DNA from: Sminthopsis crassicaudata
Taxonomy: Eukaryota
Direction of reading: 5' to 3'
Assembly (NCBI RefSeq): GCF_048593235.1
Contig: NC_133619.1
Span: 636,842,558-636,906,557 of the forward strand
Length of the DNA: 64,000 nucleotides
Within the stretch, counting starts at the first letter, position 1. Each line of letters begins with the position of its first letter. Position numbers and translations under genes: made by a program. Positions 60,501 to 64,000 of this stretch are shown piece by piece. The notes beneath the pieces are model-generated. The model saw only the letters and a list, made by a program, of their open reading frames with translations. It was not told where the DNA came from and did not search any database.

Positions 60501-63437
60501 GGGATCAGGAGCTGTAGTTGGTTCTTGGGGGGCTAGTGGGGAGACTTCCACAGGGGGCCGAGAAGGGGGGGAGGCCTCAGTCCTTGGGGGTCGGGGGGCC
60601 TCTTCATCCATGAACCGTCGAGGGGTCTTGATGAGACGGGAAGATCGGGCGCTCACAACAGGCATGATAAACTGTCTAATGTTTTTCAGGAAAGTGGTCC
60701 CCTTAGGGGGGGCTGTGGGACTGTCTTCAGGAGGCCCTGCAGGAGAGACAGGGGTAGGGGGGGAGCCACCCTCCGGCCCTGCTCGGGCCGCCTCCCGTTC
60801 GGCTCGCTGGGTAGGGGTCAGGGGAGGCCGGCCTCTTTTTCGAGATCTAGTAGCTGCTGTGGCCAGAGGAGGGGGCGTATCTCCCTCCTCCTCAGGAGCT
60901 GGAGGGGGTGGAGGAGGTGGAGGTGGGGGAGGTGGAGGGGAAGGTGGAGGAGGGGGAGTAGGCAGAGGAGGTGGTGGTGAAGGTGCCTTCTCTTCCTCTT
61001 CCTCAGTCACCCTCTTCTCTTCTTCTTCTTCTTCTTCTTCTTCTTCTTTGTCTTTTTCTTCTTTTTCCTCTGGCTCAGACTTTGGATGTTGCTCCCCTCC
61101 TCGGTCAGACCCAACTCTACCTGGAGGGACTCCCCGGCGGCCCCCCCTTCGACGGCCTCGACCCCGTCCTGGCTCGGGTCCCAAGGTCAACTGCCCCATC
61201 TTCATCTTTTTGGCCTTCGAGACGAACTTGAGTAGGAGAGGGAGCCTCCCCCGGCCACGGCCCCTACCTCCTCGGCCCCCTCGGCCCGAGTCCCCTCTTT
61301 TGTGGCTCCCGGGGCCGGTGGCCTCTCGGTGTTTCCAGGCCCCAGCACGTCGACTTCCCGGGACTATGGGGAGCGTGGCCTTGGGAGTCGCCACGGCCTT
61401 GGGAGCCGCCGCTGCCACCGCTGGCAGCTTCTTCTTCTTACAAGAGCCCGGTGGCCGGCCTCGAGGCCGCCGAGGGGTGGGAGATTCGGAGACTCGGCCC
61501 CGGGGACTTGGCGGGGCCTGGGCCCGCTGAAGCAGCTCAGCCAGTACCTGCACCATCCGCTCTTTGCCAGTCTCGCCCCGTCTCCGGGACGGGGCCTTCT
61601 GGGGGGGAAGGGCCACTTCGGCTGGGCGGGGAGGTGGAGGGGGGGTGGTCCTGTGTTTGCGGCCCCGGCCTCTGGGGGTTCCACCTGTGGGGAGAGTGGT
61701 CGTTTGTGGAGATGGATAACGGTGAACCCAAAGCACGAGGAGGCAGGAGCTGGAGCTGGTGCGTGATTGGGACCCGTTATGGAGATGCTTTTCTAGAGGG
61801 TTGGAAAGTCTCTGCCCCTCACTCACCTTGCTGGGACCGAAGCGCAGAGCGCAGGGAACTGGGGGCCACATCTTCATCTGAGTGGAAACCCAGAAACTCC
61901 TCCTGATGGAGGGGACCAGGAGTGAAGGGAGTAGTCAGTGCCAATGAACCCTCCTCCGCTTGACCCCCGCATTAGGTTGTACCCCACTTCCACCTGCACT
62001 AACCCCAAAGCGGGAGAAATTTGGGAAAGCAAAGCAAGAGCCAAGGAAGGCTCCAATTCTTCCCTGTGCTCCCTCTCCTCAATTCATGGCCCTGAGCCCC
62101 TCCAGAAAGGAATGGCTTCTGCTAGGACTCAGCAGAATAAGCCTAAACTCAGGGGCTCGAGGTGGCCTTTGCCTACAAGTGGCTCCAGTCCAGAAAAGCT
62201 CTTCAAGCAGAGCGGGGCACTCAGCCCCCCAAAGACAGACACAGGGTCAGGATGCGGCTGGGCTGCAGCCCACAACACCAGGACAATGCTCCGCGGCCCC
62301 TCGGGCTAAACATTGCAATCAACCTCAAGCTTCCTGAGCCCCTCAGGCTAAGATGCAGCCACAGTCCCAAACTGCAACTCGGAACAAAGTCCCACAGACT
62401 GGGGGAGGGGGAAGGGGTGGGATCTACAGCCAGCCAAGCCTTGGAGACCTCGCACTTCCTGGTTGTCACTTTACATCTCCCCAACCAAATTCCCTGGGAG
62501 GAGTCTCGCTTATGCCTTCCTCCCCACCCCAAATTAGAAGGCAGGGAAACTGAGGTATGGGCAAGGCCGGGAGGGAGTTTGGCCAAGGTCACAGGGCAAG
62601 CTAAAGGCGTTCAAGAGAGGAGGATCCTGGGGTCTTCCCAACCCAGGGTTCCACCCACCAGAGCCACGCCGTTTCTAGTAGCTCCCGGAGGCTGGGCATC
62701 CCAAGACATCCCGCTCTGTTCTCTGTGTGTCCCCTCCCCCCCCCACAAACCCCCCGAGCTTCTCAGACTCTGGCGGGACTCATGGGGCGCTCCCCCTTAG
62801 CTCCAGCCCCCCAAAAGAGCTGGCCAGTCACCACCACCCCAACCCCCAGCCTAGCGGCCGAGCCCTCGGCTCGGTCCCCCAACTCCGGTCCCTTTCCTTC
62901 AGCCCCCACTCCGTCCCCGGCAGGGCAGGGCCTCCCCCACGCCAGCCCCCTCCCCAGCTCTCCGGCCCCGGGGGGAGGGGAGGTCCCTCCCCCCCTCCCC
63001 CGGGGCGCTGCCGGCCCCTCTCGCCCCAGCCGGCTCACCTCCTCCTCCTCGTTCTCCTCGTCACTGCTGCTCTCCTCCTCCTCCTCCTGTCCCTGGCCCG
63101 GGTCGGACTCCTCTTGCAGGCCGGCCCGGCCACGGCCCCGGCCCCGACTCCGGCTCCGGCCCCGGCGAGTGTGCAGTCCCTTCCACAAACGGCGGAACCG
63201 GCGCAGGCCCCGGCGGAGGCCGAGCAGGCGGCGCAGGGCCGTGTCCTCGCCGGGTTCCGCTCCTCCAGCCCCGGCCGCGCCGCCGCCGCCTCGCCGCAGG
63301 GCCACCCGGGCCCGCTCCCCGCCGCCGCCCCGCCCGCAGCGGCCCCCGCCCCCGCCGGGGCCCCGTGGCCGGCCCGGGAAGCGGCCCCGCGCCGAGCCAG
63401 GCCCCGGGCAACCGCCGCCGCCCGCCGCCGCCGCCAT
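48556..63437 (-). CDS. KMT2B: Histone H3K4 methyltransferase KMT2B (MLL2/TRX2), complete multi-exon gene
   Basis: ATG 63437 ([24 protein letters not shown], menin-binding motif); exon 1 63437-63039; large exon 61684-59691 with AT-hooks; CXXC near 58770-58890; PHD fingers about 55780-56860; extended PHD about 53800-54500; taspase site QLDGVDD near 51330-51350; Win motif HGAARAE near 49520-49545; SET/post-SET to RRFLN* at 48556. Minus-strand AATAAA at 48290-48295. Not all exons traced. Confidence 0.97.
60305..60480 (-). repeat. Coding hexanucleotide repeat giving (Pro-Thr)n and APVP tracts in KMT2B exon 3
   Basis: (gtaggg/gtagga)n on + strand; translation [41 protein letters not shown]. Confidence 0.9.
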
Positions 63438-63950
63438 CTTGGCACCGTGAGAGGGGCCGGGGAGGCGGGGGGAGGGGCGGCCCGGGCGCAGGACCGGGGG
63501 GAGGGGAGGGGGCGGGGCAGCCCGCGGCGCACGACAATAATAAGCGCCACAGCGCCCCGACCCGGCCGGCGGGAAGCGGCGCGCCCAGCCCAGCCCTACC
63601 AACACCTCCACCAGCACCTCCACCTCCACCTCTGGCAGCAGCAGCAGTAGCAACAGCACCACCACTACTTCCACTACCACTACCGCTTCCACCACCACCA
63701 GCACCACCACTACCACCGCGGGGCACCACGGGAGCTAGAGCTTGACGCGCCGCCCGGCCCCTTCTACTCCCCGCCGGGAAGACGGAGGCCTGGGGTCTCA
63801 GGGAGGAGCAAAAGAAGTGCGGCGCGGGGGCCGCTGGGAAATGTAGTCCCTCCACTTCCCCGCTTCCGTTAGCTAAGGGAAAGGAGCCGGGGGCGGAGAG
63901 TGGCCGACTACGTGCTCCCGAGCAGGTCACTAGAGGGCACGAGGTAGGCC
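63438..63950 (-). promoter_or_regulatory. KMT2B CpG-island promoter
   Basis: YY1-type AAGATGGCGGC over the ATG; ZNF143/SBS motif ACTACATTTCCCAG (minus strand) at 63834-63847; ETS-like cacttcc/cttccg; cryptic CAC/CAG/CTA triplet tract at 63590-63716. Confidence 0.7.
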
Positions 63951-64000
63951 GATGGGGGGCTCGGAGGCCGCCGGTAAATGTGGTCCTTCTTCCCCACCAA

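Noticed and set aside
59682-61877. 731-aa ORF as a stand-alone gene
   Set aside because: It is KMT2B exon 3 (61684-59691) plus flanking intron read-through.

Overview
Vertebrate genomic DNA, not microbial. The L1 3' UTR and tRNA-derived SINE style suggest a marsupial, probably a dasyurid (inference). The window is the compact, GC-rich block syntenic with human 19q13.12. After about 5.4 kb of AT-rich repeat debris (CR1/L3, L1, SINEs) come ten spliced genes: PRODH2(+), an uncharacterised TEX14-like ankyrin-pseudokinase gene(+), ARHGAP33(-), PROSER3(-), HSPB6(+), LIN37(-), PSENEN(-), U2AF1L4(+), IGFLR1(+) and KMT2B(-). I traced exon boundaries by hand from GT/AG sites and phase; every gene except KMT2B was joined exon by exon into a stop-free ORF. 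The main find is an apparently intact 18-coding-exon, ~751-aa TEX14 paralogue (13331-18804). It has a CRE/MYB/NRF1 promoter, a dead kinase domain and no GPPX3Y motif, and sits where human carries, as I recall, only a lncRNA. Second, HSPB6 lacks the Ser16 PKA/14-3-3 site but keeps an alphaB-crystallin-like C-terminal IXI/V motif. Third, the U2AF1L4 exon 6-7-skipped frame has no stop before the poly(A) signal. Comparisons to human or mouse proteins are from memory, not database searches.
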